A stretch of DNA of 64,000 nucleotides. It comes from Camelus ferus. Taxonomy: Eukaryota. Where the stretch lies: NCBI RefSeq assembly GCF_009834535.1, contig NC_045696.1, positions 58,406,001 through 58,470,000 on the forward strand, in the 5' to 3' direction. The notes under the pieces are model-generated. The model did no database searches. It was given only the letters and a program-made list of their open reading frames with translations, and had not been told where the DNA came from. The translations under genes were made by a program, and so were the position numbers. This document shows, piece after piece, positions 11,290-24,784 of this stretch (positions are counted from its first letter, which is position 1; each line of letters opens with the position of its first letter).

Positions 11290-14200
11290 GTATGTCCTGG
11301 GCACATGGGGCACAATGGCTAGAGGGTGGAGGGGTGTGTCTCAGGGGTCTCTGGTGGCGGGGTAGGAATTGTCCCTGATACCTAGAGAGGGGGCGCGATG
11401 GAGAAATGGCTGCAGAAGAACACCACACCCCAAGGTGCTGCAGGGCTGCTGTGAAACGGAGGAGGGGCAGGCATGACTTTCCCTCCTGTCTTTCCAGCTC
11501 CCCCTCCTCTTCTCTCTTCGGCAGTGCTTTTACTTTTTACTCAGTTGCTGTGTGCCACTTGATTTCGTCTTACCAGTGGGTGACAGAGAGATCCTTGATG
11601 CCCAGAGGCAAGATCATTTTCTCGGTCACCCAGTGGGCTTGTTCATGGGGGGTCTGCAGCAAGAAGTGTGGGCTTTACCTGCAGCCCAGGCCTTTCGCAG
11701 AGCTCTCCACTGCCCGGGGGGCAGCCTTGGGGGGTCAGCTTCTGACCTGTCTGCTACCTCAGCTTCCCACTTGGCTCTGTTAGAGGTGTCATTCCTGGAC
11801 AGGTGGCTGAGACCTTCCAGATCTCTTGTCTGGCCTGTGTCCCCACTTCCCCCATATCCCAATGACAGTGCTGTGAGCTTCTTCCTCTCTGGCCTGACCT
11901 CCCCCTCCCAGAGACTTCCTCATCAGTGTGGAGGTGGCATAATCCAGCGCCGGCCCACAGGAGGAAGGGCTGCTGCTGAGCGTGGCAAAGGGGGCTCTTG
12001 TTGGGATTCCTCTGAGCCATCCTTTTGAGTTTGGGGGTTTTGAGTCCAGGGTGTGCTCAGCTTCCCTTTCCTTTCAGTCATTAGGAATAATTGCCACATC
12101 TCTCTGTGTTCAGTGCTTTTGCTGCTGGGATTTAGATACACATGCCTCTTGTCATGTAATTAGCTCCCAGTTGGGCGTAGACTGGCAAAACAGAGAAAAG
12201 ACACACACAAACGTGGGGAAAAGATCGGGAAGAGTAGGTCTGTCCTTTGCACGTTTGTTGAGCACTGGCCGTGCGCAAGGCGCTGTACGGCACTTGGTGG
12301 TTACCACATTACATGTCCTTCTGACTGAGGACAGGAGGGGTTTGCAGAGCCGCCAGGTCCAGCCCCTTCTCACCTGGATTGGGGTTTATCAGGAGTGTGG
12401 GTTTGGGAAGAGGAGGGGAGAGGAGCAGAGACAGTACTGCAGTCTGGTTGGTATGGGCGAGAGGTGGGGCTGTGCTGGGAAGAGAGGCAGTTCTTTTCCT
12501 GCATGGCCCATAGAGGTCTTTTAACCTTTAATGGTGCTGTCCTTGCCTGAGGCACAAGGCCTGTTGCTACCCTGGGGGTTCAGTGAGCTTTTATGGGCTC
12601 CACTCCAGTGTGGTCTTCTCCTTTTCAGTCCGAGTTTTCAATGGCTGTTTTGCAGATGAACTTCTGGGACACCATTGATTTATAAGTTGATACCCTCAAC
12701 TTGTCCTGCCCTGATTGGAGACAATGGAAGGAAATTTGTATTTTGACAAGCACTGAATGACACCAAGGACAGTCTTAGCCAAGCAGTGTTTTGCTGTAGT
12801 GGGTATGTGTGTGTGCATATGCACCTGTCTGGCCTCACACTTCCCATTTGATTCAAACACCAACTTAATGGAACAGACAGCTCACTAGGCTGCTGATGAG
12901 ATTGTAGCCGTTGGTTACCTCGAGTTCATAGTTCGTTTGGGGGAGTTCTTGTCTCGCAGGTGCATCTCTGTCTCCCATGTTTTACCAGGAGGGCTCTGTG
13001 TGACTGAAAGCACCAGAGCCTGTTAGAGGGGCCGGAGAGCTTTGGAATCTCCATCCCTAAAGATGGCGTCAGTTCTGCCAAGCCCATGGAGAGCTCTCAC
13101 AGGAGAGTTCTCGCCAGGCTTGTAGGTGGCAGAAGTGGGCAGAAGAGCTTTGTTCAGTTGCTACGTCTACCTAGGTCCATTCAGCAAACGTTCCTGAGCA
13201 CTTATTCTATGCTTTGAGATGACACATGGATAACAGGGACAGTGTCCTCGAGTAGCTCAGGGTACGAGGAGGAGGCCAGACACCTAGGTGATTACAATCC
13301 AGGTGAAAAATACTGTATGTATAGATGGGGAGTCACTTAATTCCACCAGGAAAGGTTGATAAAAGCTTCACCAAGGAGGTTGAGTTCAAATTTAGGGCAA
13401 AGACCTCAGAGTATCAGGTCTTCAAAGTCCGTTTCCTTGCGGGCAGCTCCCTGTGGTGTGGACGTCCGTGTTCCTCTGGCTGACGAGGGTGGAGGTGGCA
13501 GTCTTGCTCTGCTCCCTGGACACGCAGGACTAAATGGGGCCGGGGTCAGTGTGAGAAGACAGACTAAGAGGAATAGAATTTGGGACTGATTTGGAGACAT
13601 GATGTCTGGAATCAATAAAAGTGCCAGTGGGAGAAATAATCCTGTGACTTTTGATGTTCTAAAATGAAAACCTGGGCGGGGGGCACCTTCCAGCTTAAAA
13701 GAGGTAACCTTAAGCCAAAAAGATCGACTCTTCGCATAATTGCTATTCAACTTACGGCTCTAAGAGAGTGTATAAACTGAAATATTAAATAGCTTTTAAA
13801 AGTTTAGCTGAGTAGGTGGATTATGGAGCTATAATGGATGATGTTGGAAGCAGGAATATCTGGGTCTGAGTTTGAAATCAGAGGCAGGATGCAGCTAAAT
13901 CTTCCCAGAATAGCTGAAGGGACAGAACAAGGGGTTTTGGTCCCCTTAGGCTGCCCCAGGTGCAATTCATGGATCACCATTAAGCAAGGAGATCTCCAAG
14001 GACACGAGCTAGTTCTGCCCTCCTGCTCAGCTGCTCCTGCTCCGAGACTTCTGGACATGTCCTGTAAATCATTAGGGGAACTCACCATGCTAACTCTGGG
14101 GCCCTGTGATGACAGCTCTGTCATCCTGACTGCGCTCGGTCTGTGTTTATGAGACGCCCTGGGATGGGCAGAAGGGCTCCCTTGAGTGCTCTGTGCTGCT

Positions 14201-14349
14201 GTCTGCAAGGGAGTGCATCTTTGCTTCCTACCCTCAGCAAAGGGTTGGAGACAGGAAGGGGGATGCCAGGGCCTGGGGTGGGGAGACAGGGGGCATCTTG
14301 GGGGAGGGAAGTGCTCCAGTGTTAGGTATCTTTAGAGGTGTGTGCAGCT

Positions 14350-14510
14350 TATGGCCCAGGCCCCAAGTTGAGGGCTCAGCTCCACTACTTACTAGCTTCA
14401 GGACCTTGGACAGGTCAGTTACCCTGCATCTGTTTCCTCATCAGTAAAATGGGACAATAATACATATTCTGCCTTCTTTCCAAGTCTGTGGTAAGCATCA
14501 GGTAAATGAA
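14350..14510 (+). mobile_element. MIR SINE
   Basis: cagctccactacttactagcttcaggaccttggacagg...ctgtttcctcatcagtaaaatgggacaataata. Confidence 0.7.
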
Positions 14511-17500
14511 GGCTCTTTCTAGAATAGAATTTAAATGTGAGATTGCACTTTGCTCTTGTTAGTTTTCATCTGGGTCAGATTGTTCAGGGTGTTCCAAGAA
14601 GAAGCTGGGGGTTAGAGGGGAGAAGTGTATGTTTGTCTTCAACAGCTTTTTCTTGGATGGTGATCCCTTGGTTGTTCTGAGGGTACCCTGAAGAAAGTTT
14701 TGGGCGTGAGAATCAGTCCCAGTGTGCAGGGGGTTTTGCTTTGACCCTTAAGAACTGTGGGGCTGCAGTGGAACTGGCAGGACTGCAGGTCAGGAAGCCT
14801 GGCTCTGACAGCAGATACCTTTGGGACCTTTGGCAATTCACTGCCCCTCTCTGGGCTTCAGTTTACTCCCTTGTGAAATGCAGAGTTGAATCCTCCAGGT
14901 TGCTCTCACCCCTCCGTGGCCTGGTTCAGAGCATCTGGGAAGCTGCCAGGCTTGGTATGCAGTGTGTGTGCGTGTGTAAATGTGTGGAAGGGTGTGTCTT
15001 GTAGGCTTTGCATCTCCCACGACCAACCTGGGTGTCTGCCTCTCTCCAGTCCCTCCCTGTCAGCCCCTCCCCTCTCTCCCCCCTCTTCCCCTTTCTTCCC
15101 CCTCCCTTGAGAGTTTCTGTTGCCTCTTTCTTTCTCTGGTCCTTGCCTCCCCCATTCTTTGGTCTTTTTCCTCCTCTCTCCTCTGTGTGGATACTTCTCC
15201 TCTTTTTCTTGCCTTTCTGGCTCTTTCCTCCCTACCCCTGCCTGCGTATTCACAGACACACACACCCCGTCTGCCGATTTTCTCCCAGGCCCCGGGCTGT
15301 AACTTGTTGCTGGGAGATGTCTGTTGGGTGTCTGGCTTCTCTCCAGGGATTTGTCAGCTCTCCCTTCCCCACACTCCGCCTCCTGGTTCAGCCCTCTTCA
15401 GTGTGGCTGACAGTAGTTGTACCTGATGGTAGAGGGCTGATGGTTGGCTGGTGGTGGTTGTCCGCTCGGAAGCGGGCTGTGTGTGAGGGAGTCGGCCTTC
15501 CCCCGCAGCCTGGCCTCCCAGAGCCCTGCTGTCTGGGCAGCAGAGCCGGGGCCGTGGGCAGGCGCTGGGCCCCTTCTGCTCATTCCTGGGGCTGATTCTC
15601 CCTGGGCCGAGGCTGCCCTGGGGGCGCAAGCTGCTTTCTTCTCCTGAGGGTTCAAGGTCATTACCTTACTGCGTTTTCCTTCTTCCCACTCTCATTCTCC
15701 CATCTGCTTTCTTTCCCTTGAGCAGTGCTGGCTTCCCAGATCCAAGATGTGGGGCCTGCTGGGGCATTCATAACATATTTCGAAGTTCATGTTTTCTTCC
15801 AAAAATTATTTGAATTTAGCATTTGCTCCTTTATGTGTAAGCAAGTTTAAATTACTTACTGTAGGATAAAGTAAAGGAAACCCAGAGGAAGTGCTGTGTT
15901 CGTGTCGTGGCTGCAGACACCTCCTGGCATGCTTCCCTGCACTCGTGGAGGTGACGTGTGCCTCTTAGAACTACTGGGCTGAACAGGCAGGTGGAGGACG
16001 AGAAGGCACACTCCTCTTTCTCGTATTCCCAGCACTTTTATGAACTGCGCTGCATAATTCATACTTAATCATGTGCCTCCTTGAGCTGGGCACCAAGGAG
16101 AACAGCCAGACCTGGGAGGATCCGTGTTGAGGGAGTCCCTTCATCAGCGAGGGCCAAGGTCTGGCCAAGTTGAGGGCCCAGCTGTTCCAGGCTTGTTCTG
16201 TCCCCTGCCTTTGCCCCCCAGTGTCCTCCAGCTACATTCTTCCATATTGTCCTCAGTAGTTGGCGCCTCGCTGTCACTCTGACTGTTTCTTGCTCACTTG
16301 CTTCTTGTCTCGTATTTTCTTCATGCCTCTGAAGTGGGGTTACCTGCTGCCTTTCCTCTCCTACCCACCCTCAGGGATCACGGGTCCATCTGCTCAGGAT
16401 CCCACCGTTTTAGACCTGGCAGATGGGAGAAAGAGGGGAAATAGACTCCAGGAGGGCCAGGTTAGCCAAGGGCACACAGTGGCCAAGACAGGCTCTGGTC
16501 CTTGGTGTAGCCTGCTTTCTACCCGCTGCAGGAGGCTGCCCAAGGTTTGTGTGGATGTAAGGATGTTGTCTCGCCGAGTGAAGGTCCCACTGGGGGGCAA
16601 GAAGAGAGGTGATGGAGGTTCACATTGTTCTGAGGCTCCACCAGCTGTGCTGGGTTCTGGCTCCTGGTTCACTTGTCAGGATATGGGCCAACCTGCCTTG
16701 ATGCTTTATTGGTACCTGACCCTGTAGGGGAATCGAAAGCTCCATCCAGCTCAAAAGTGGACAACTCCTGCATTCTGGAACTTGGGAAACCCAGGGCCCC
16801 GCCAGAGGTCGAGGCTGGCTAGTGGCAGAACCAGATGTAGAAGCCTTCAGTCCCTCCAGTTGGCCGTTGGACCTCCTCCAGGGAGGGTTTGGTACTTGGG
16901 CTGCAACTTGAAAGTCGCATACCTCCCCTTCCTGAGCCTCCAGCATCTTGTTTCTTCTCTTTCCTCCTGCTCTCACCCCTGACCTTTCCTCCCTGGGTCT
17001 GACTCCCAGGAGTGTGAGTGGCCAGTCCTTTGAATGATCACAGCTGCACGTGAAAATCTAGGTGAACGCAGTACCATGTCCCTGCTGCAGCCATGCCATG
17101 CCGCTCACCGGCCATTCACAACAGAGTCAAATGAAAACGCCCATGTGTTTGTGTCTGTCTGGGCCGGGGGTGGGGAAGGAAACATATATTGGCCTCTACC
17201 CTTCCTCCATTCTTTGTAGGGGGAGAACTGAGGGAGGTGGGAGTTGGGAGGAGGGAGCAGGTCGTGGGTGAGTAAACAAGCAGAGGGCAGTGAGGCTCAG
17301 CCTCCCCAGCAGAGAAGGCTGGTTCCTGCAGGATGGTCAGGGCAGTGGCCGGCAAGGGCCTTTGCACGGCCAGTCTGCTCTCTGTGGTTACCCCGCTCCC
17401 TCCCTCTCCATCCCAGCAAAGCAGCTCATTTCCCTACTCACCTCACTGCTTTTCCCTCCGGATCCTCAATCACTGGCTGGGGAAGGGAGGGAGCCAGGAG

Positions 17501-17612
17501 ATCCATTAATTGTACTTAATCTATCCACTCAGATCCTTTTACGTCCCTGGGCTTGGGTAATTTCTCTTCCCTCCTTTCTCTTCCCTTTTACTGTACTGCA
17601 CAATTCATGTGT

Positions 17613-17615
<3 letters not shown>

Positions 17616-17642
<27 letters not shown>
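17616..17642. repeat. (CA)n microsatellite
   Basis: Uninterrupted CA run read directly from the sequence. Confidence 0.95.
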
Positions 17643-17643
<1 letters not shown>

Positions 17644-18020
17644 ACTCTTACACGCTCTGAGAGGCAGAATCATAGGAGGAAGGGGAGCCTATCTGAGAGA
17701 GCAGTGTCAGGAATTGTCACCTGGCAGGATTCCTGGAGCTCAGCAGGCAGAGCCCAGAGAGCCAGCAGTGAGAGCCTCATCCCAGCGCAGCGAGCCAGCA
17801 TCACTCACTCAGGCTATTCAGAGCTCCTGCTGTGTGCCCTTTTAACCCTAGGGAAATAGCTGTGAACAAAACGAAGCTCTCTCCTGGGTGGAGCAGACCT
17901 TTCTGTGTGGGAGTGCTGGGAGTGGGTGGCTGACGCTCTGGGGTCTGTGCCAGAGGTGCTCAGAGAGGACAGGAAGCCATCTCCCCACAGACCCCTCTTA
18001 GAACGTGTGTATTTGCATTC

Positions 18021-18071
18021 GTGTGTGTGTGTGTGTGTGTGTCTGTGTCTGTGTCTGTCTGTCTGTCTGTC
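18021..18071. repeat. Compound (GT)n-(GTGTCT)n-(GTCT)n microsatellite
   Basis: gtgtgtgtgtgtgtgtgtgtgtctgtgtctgtgtctgtctgtctgtctgtc. Confidence 0.95.
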
Positions 18072-19724
18072 GGGGACAGAGGAGAAAAGAGACTCCTCGA
18101 GGAGTATCCCATAACATAAGGAGGGGAGAGGGTCACACAGGATTTCTTGTGGCAGACATGGAGCTGTGGCCCCTGACCTGCCATGGAGACCGTAACTGCG
18201 GGCAGGGCTGGACATACTGCTGGGGGAACCTCTGCACCCTCTTAGCTCCACACAGTCCAGCTGGTTGCTTTGGAACATCACTCCTAAGTCTGCAGCAGCC
18301 AGGCTTTCCCATGGAGTGGGTTCCTGCACAGCTGGTAGGGACAGGGGTTGCAATAACCGGGCCCCATCGCTCATCTCTGCTTTAGAAGTCACAGGAAGCA
18401 GCTGCCGGCCAGGCTCAATGGAGGAGCCTGCCTTGCAGCCTGGGCGGCCACTGCAGGTGCGGCAGGTGAGCAGGCCCTTCGGGCGCCCCCAGCGGATGCC
18501 AGCATGGGGCCAAGGGAGGCTGCAGGTACCTGGATCTGGTCTTGTCCCAGCCACTATTTGCTGTCGCATTCAGGTGGACAGTAGGTGGTCACAGAAATGG
18601 TTGCATGGAGCAGAACAAAGCCAGACAGAGAAAAGTGCCAAGGAGACGGTTACAAAATCCTGAGTCAAGGCCTCCCGTCTTTCCTGGGGCAGGGAAAGTG
18701 TTCCTCAGATGCAGTCGTCAAACAGACCCACTGCCTGTTAGTGTGGCTTCACCACAGAGCCCCTGAGGGATAAGGCAGACCCACACTGTAATTGCCATGG
18801 TCAGTGGGGGTGTGCCCGGCATCCCCACAAAGCTTCAGGGTAAGAGTTCAGGCACTGGATGCATGAGCTGCCCTTTAGGCCTCCTGATGTGTGCTCTCGG
18901 CCTTTCTGGGTCCCCTCTGCACACCAGTTATCCCTCCTCCCTGGACTCCCTATCTTAGAATGCTCTTGCCACCCTGCGGGAGCAGTCACAGCCATGTCAT
19001 CAGCCTTGGCTTTCTGAATTCGTCATGCATTTCTTGAGTACCCTGTTTGCTAGGCCCAGGGGCTGGGAGCTGCAGTGGCTGCAGTGATGGCTACCACAGG
19101 TAGGACTACCTAGGGAGGGAAAGCCCTGGGCCTGGGGAGTGCCTGACACGCCCCCTCTCAGACCCACACACACCTGTACTGTAAGACTTGCTTCTTGAAT
19201 TACAAATTGCATACCTACACTTAAAATGAGGTCCCATAATTTTACTTGCCCATCGATGAGTGTGGCTTTAAGGATTGAACTGAATGGTTTAATTTGTCCA
19301 TCTGTTCTGGAGCTGGTGCACAGCTTTGTGAAGCTGATGGCTGTCGAAGGTAGTGCGGTGTGTCTACAAATGGGAGATGAAGGGACTTCCCTCAGGTGGT
19401 TGTCACACCTGGCAGAGCAGGTTTTCTCATGTGATGTAGTCAGCGAGGACCAGTGGGGGTTAGAGGCCAAGATGCCCTCACTAAGTTCATTGACATCTGG
19501 GGAGAAGGCCCTGGAGTACAGAGCCTTGCCCCATGGGTAGGGTAGCTGCCTCTGGCTGGCTATTGGGCAGACTTGGCTGAGTGTGGTGAGGTCGTGGGGA
19601 GGCTGTGAGAGCAGATAAGGTCCCTGAGGGGTCTGGTATAGGGCACAGGGGAAGCTGAACTTCAAGGAGGTGGGAGTGAGGTGGAGGAGAGGAGGAAGAG
19701 CCATGCAGGGCGGTGGCAGGGGCC

Positions 19725-19875
19725 AGGATCCCCTGGAAGGCTCCTTAAAACACAGTTGCTCGAGGATTCGCCAGGAGTTTTGATTGAGTAGGTCTGGGAG
19801 AGGGGCAGAGAATTTGCATTTCTAACAGTTTCCTGGGTGGTGCTGATGCTGCTGGTCCCAGGACCACACTCTGAG
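19725..19875 (-). mobile_element. MER5A-type hAT-Charlie DNA transposon relic
   Basis: gtaggtctgggagaggggcagagaatttgcatttctaacagtttcctgggtggtgctgatgctgctggtcccaggaccacactctgag matches the recalled MER5A consensus. Confidence 0.85.
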
Positions 19876-20139
19876 ATCCGAGGTCTAACAGAAAGGGAGC
19901 CAAGATTAGAGGAGGCCACGAGCGAGCACTTGGTAAGCAGTGAGTGGCACCCAGAAGACGGTTCATAACTAGAAGAATTTTAGGAGTGTGATCTTGCAGG
20001 TGCTAGCACCTCACTGAACCTTTCCCTTTTCTCCTTTTGGCTTCTGTCAATATCTGGTCAGATTTCATAACTCCTTCAACATCATACAACATTTTCCTCC
20101 TACCCTGGTGGCGCCTGGCACACATTAGAAGCTTAGAAA

Positions 20140-20262
20140 CAGAAACCTGCTTGGGCTGCTGGCAGAGCTTCTGAAGTCACAGTCTGGGGAGGGTCAGGGA
20201 GTCAGTATTTTTAAAGACTTCCCCAGGTGATTCTAATGAGCAGCCAGGACTGGGAACCACTA
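20140..20262. mobile_element. MER5-family DNA transposon relic
   Basis: gtatttttaaagacttccccaggtgattctaatgagcagccaggactgggaaccact (MER5-type terminus). Confidence 0.7.
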
Positions 20263-20552
20263 TCCTGAGCTTATTTTTCTTCTGAGGATGGGCTGTCTGG
20301 GGCTCTTCCTTTGGCCCCATCAGTGTTGTCCCTTACAGATAGTGATATGTCCTCCCCATCTACTGGTCCCTGTCCTGCTGGTTTCTCTCCTTCCTCCAGT
20401 TCCCTGAGAATCCATTTGTAGTGAGGGCCTCACTTGCTGTTGAGAATGCCAAGTTACCTGCTTTATTCTTAGGCCACCTAGCAGATTTTACTCTGTTGAC
20501 ACCTTTGTGAGGGCTTCAGGTAACAAGTGGCCCCAATATTTGTGTCTTTCAG

Positions 20553-20636
20553 TGACACAGAGAGTAGAAAATTGTGCAAGAAGATGAAAGTTGACCTGAG
20601 TGCAAAGGACAAAAAGGTCGAATTATTCCATTACCA
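20553..20636 (+). CDS. PDIA5: PDIA5 exon 4 (84 nt): DTESRKLCKKMKVDLSAKDKKVELFHYQ
   Basis: Acceptor tgtctttcag|T, donor CCA|gtaagt; phase 2 to 2. Confidence 0.96.
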
Positions 20637-20887
20637 GTAAGTACACGTGGGCATTTCCAATTTCCAAGTGAATGCTGGAAGCTTTTATTGGTATTCTCAG
20701 TGAACAGCGATTTTTAGTGAGATTAATTTTATTTCAGAATGATTTTTTTCTGTGTTTACAATTACTTCTTAAAAAAAAAACCTTGAACTGTGTTCAGTAG
20801 CTGAATCTTATTAAGATGCTGCCGGAAACCAAAGGTAAGTGTCTTCACAACCATTCCCAAAGTTAACACCTTTTTCTCATTTGACAG

Positions 20888-20933
20888 GGATGGTGCATTT
20901 CATACTGAATATAACCGAGCTGTGACGTTTAAG
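20888..20933 (+). CDS. PDIA5: PDIA5 exon 5 (46 nt): DGAFHTEYNRAVTFK
   Basis: Acceptor tttttctcatttgacag|G, donor AAG|gtaagt; phase 2 to 0. Confidence 0.96.
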
Positions 20934-23900
20934 GTAAGTCTCCCTCCCTCATTCTCAGGAGGAAGGGCAGAGTGCACGGGTGCCCTTCTGAGTGACCTGA
21001 GGGGTTGTCATCTCTAGAGCATAGATCAGCAGACTATCTGGGAAAGTTTCTAACTGGTACACCAGTGGGGATGACCCGCCTTGTAGACAGTTTGCGAATC
21101 TGTCAGCAGTCATCCATTGAGGCATGTGATGTCACGCCCTCCCCTCCAAAGGCCTGGGTCTCCCTTCGCTGTGGCTTCAAAGCCCTCCCTCATCTCTGCA
21201 GTAGTGTCCATGGTGGCCGCCCACGGGCCAGAGGGGGCTAGCTGTGCCCAGGTGAGCACAGGACCTGGGCAGGGCAGCACCTCTGGGACTGATGCAGCTC
21301 GTCCCAGACGAGACGCCAATGTCACTGAGACGCTCCCTGCTACAAATTCAATTTAGAAGGAGATGGAAAAGCATCAGTGGAACTAAATATGGAGTCCTCT
21401 GACCTGCCGGTGCTGTCCTGTTACCTTAAAGTGGCTCCCCTGAGCCCTGAATCTTTCAATACCCTTGGATTCTCCTCCTTCAATTTGTGCGTTCCCTTCC
21501 TTAGATCAGTATTCTTCTGCCTCTGGTCCAGGCGGTGTCCCCCTTGCCCTGCGCAAGGCTGTGTATTCTGTTCCCAGCATATGCTGAACCTACTCTCTCT
21601 GACTCTCCTGCTTCCCAGACTTCTTGGACCTGTGCTCCTCTCTCTGTTTTTTTCCATCTGTTTCCTTCGATTGTTTCCTGCCCAACCATCTGTCTGTGCA
21701 GCTGTCAGTGCCCCTCTCCCTCTGCCCCCCCATCTCCCTGGTCATGTCTTGTTTACCCACTCACGCGTGTTCTTAAGTGGCCACAGGTTTTTCCTTATAG
21801 AGACTCAGCCTGATTACTCATCATCTTAACACCCACTTAGACACTTAGAGAAGATTCTACCAACTAGAGTTACTAACCCCCTCTTATTCTGTGTTAAGAT
21901 GTCAGCTGAAGTCCTTGGAGAGAACAGGTGCTCTCCAGGAACTAGATTTAGCTGGGTGGGGTGGGAGAGGTGCCGATGGAAAGAGGGAGCGAGGGGCTTT
22001 TGTTTTGTGTTTGGAGATTGTATTCGGTTTGTATTTAGCTGGCCCTGAGTCTGTTGTGAGATTGTGGAGCAGGGAATAACAGCTGCTCGAAAGTGTCACC
22101 GTAGGAAAGGAGCCCAGGTGGTCTTTGCCTTGCCTGGGAGGGGGAGGCCAAGTTCTGGCCTCTGCCCACCTCCTTACAAAGACCAGGTGTGTGGGATCTG
22201 CTTGCTCCGTCCTTCCTGTGATTTAGGCATCAACAGGCTGGAGAAGTGAGGTGAGGTGAGCATTGTGTAGGGCAGAGAGAGGGCATCCTTGGCCCCACGG
22301 TCCCTGAAGCCCACAGGGCCATCAAGGACTGGGGTAGAGTCCCTGGGTTTCTCCAGGGTGGAGGAGGCGTGGGGGCAGAGCTCCCCATGACTGCCTGCAG
22401 CTCCTGCTCCTCAGGGGAGCAGCCCAGACCAAATCCCCCCTCAGTCATGGATCAGTTTTCCTTTAGGGTCTCTCCTGAGCCTCTGTTTCCAGAAAGATGG
22501 AGGAGCCCCCGGCAGGGTGAGTGTTGCTGTCACCCTGTACAGTTCCGTGGGGGGTCTGGACAGAGGGACTGTGCCGGGGCCCGTAAAGAGTGCAGAGGCC
22601 AGATAAGTGAGGGTAAAGAGTGGGGAACTCAGAGAGGGGGCATCTGTGTGAGTGGCCTTTGGCTTGTCAGCCAACTATCCAATGAAATCCTTATGTGAGT
22701 GGTAAGGATCAGAGATGCCTAAAAGGGGAAATTCAGATGACCCTCTCCCAAGTTCTGTGACCTTGGATGTGGTTTCCCAGCCAGGAAGACGTCCTGAAGA
22801 CTAAAGTGCAGGGTGTTGGGCCATTTCCCTGGAATTCAGAGCACTCGGAATAGGACAGCTGAAGGCAGGGTCCCAGGTGCTTTTCCCTCTAGCCCTTTCC
22901 ACCCAAGATCTTGTTGGTTACGTAATTTGGAGAGAACCTATGGATGTATTATCCAACTTCAGCTAAAGAAGAATAATCTCCACCTGAGAAGTGAAAGATT
23001 GCTAGTATGAATGTTTCAGTTGTTGCATTAAAAGAGGTGATTTCTTTCCTTTCTCTATCCACATCCATCTTTTCTCCTTGATGTCGAGGTAGTGGTGAGG
23101 GTGCTAACCCTTCAACTCAGCTCGTGTTGGGATGGAACAGGAGCCTCCAGAGCAGTAGTTTTGGGTTCCTAATCCCACTGAGAATCTCCTGAAAGCCATG
23201 GACCTTCTCCCTGGAAACAGTGTGCGTGCATACCTTGAAAGAAGTGTTTTCTTGTGAGTTTGGGGTTGCAGAGACTCCTGAAGTCCACTGTGCTCCCTTA
23301 ATTAAGACCCCCTGCACCAGGTGTTCTGGACCAGCAAGCGGGTCGGCACCCATAAACATCTTCCTCACGTGGCTGGGGCACAGATGCGTCTGTGCCTGTG
23401 GGTGAGTGTAGGTTTCAGAATGTCCCTGCTGGTTCCACCTTGGCTTGTATTCTCACAGTGCAGCTTTGACACGGGACTGAGAAAGGCCGAATCTGCCTTT
23501 GCCTGGTGGACACGGCCGTCTTCTCTTGCCAGCAGGCATTGCATAGCTCAGTTTGGACCAACAGGGAGCATTACCTGAATGAAATCCTGCGAAGTCCTGG
23601 CTGTCTCCCAGTCTCCCATAGTAGCTCTTTCCAAATAGGAATTTCCAGAAATAACAGTCCTCTCTGAGGTCCTCTGTGTGTGGCCAGTGGAGGGGTTGGA
23701 TGCACAGCCTCCCTAAGGGGGTGTTTCCTTTCTTACCTCAGACTTCCCTCCTTTGTCACACATGGCCCACTCAGCTCATCATCTGCTCATGGGAGCTTGA
23801 TAAAAGTGGGCAAAAGCAACAGAATCTTGCATCAAATTGGGGGACACTGAGGGCTCTGTTGACGTGGAGGTCAGCAACTCCTGTCCAGGGTTGGAGGGAT

Positions 23901-24784
23901 GGAGGCTCAGCTGGTTTCTGGTTCCTGTTCCTGGCTTTCACAGACTTTGAGCACCATTTCCCAGGTGACTGAGAGGAGAGGGATGTGGCTTCTGTCCTGG
24001 ACTGGGGAACTGTGCCAGGTGGGGAGGGGAGTGGAGGGGTGTGCCCCCGTTCCCACCCTATGTGGATCCTGCCCCAAGGGAGCACAGATAGGAGTCAGTT
24101 GTCCGCATGACAAAGGCTGGTCAAGCTCTTTATCCTGAAGGTCTTTGTCAGATCGTCATCCTGGGCCATCTAGAAGGGGATCTCTAAGGAGAGGAAGTCC
24201 AGCAACCAGGGGGCCACAGCAGTGAGCACCGTGCCCTGAGAGCTCCCCACCTGAGCGCCACAGAGGGTGATCAGGATTTAACACACTCCCAAACCCATTT
24301 AGATCACGAAATATCCAGCAGGTTATAAGTAGGTGTGATGACTTGCATACGTGATTGACAGTTTTAGTGGCTGCGTGAATGTGGAAGTATCTACTGGGCA
24401 CAGGTCTGGAGACCTTTATTCAGATTCATCAGAAAGACTTTCTGGAGTAGATGAACTTTATTAGAAGCACATGTCTCTGTTTTGAATAAGCCAACTAATT
24501 GTCTCAAATTTGTTCTCTTGTCCGTGAAGAAGCATTGGAGGTGTGGATCAGTGGACCAGAGTTAGGTGTTCTGTGGTTGAAAAGTCCTGATGGGGTGTGT
24601 TTTTAGGGGCCTTTGCAGTGCTGTCAGTGGGTGATGGGATGACATGCCCCCACATGTTTGCCGGTAAGCATATCGTTCCAGGCCCTTGGGTCTCCAGGCA
24701 GGGAATGGGGCAGGTTCTCAATTCCCCCATCTCCCTTTTTTCCTGGCTAAAACAGGTTTTCCCTTCTCTCTTTCTTTTTCTCAG

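Noticed and set aside
17814..18569. Longest ORF in the track (251 aa, - strand)
   Set aside because: Runs through a microsatellite (DRQTDRHRHRHTHTH), has no recognisable domain and is intronic antisense; a chance ORF in GC-rich DNA.
19000..19704. 234-aa - strand ORF
   Set aside because: No recognisable homology or exon structure; Ser/Pro/Leu-rich composition typical of non-coding frames.
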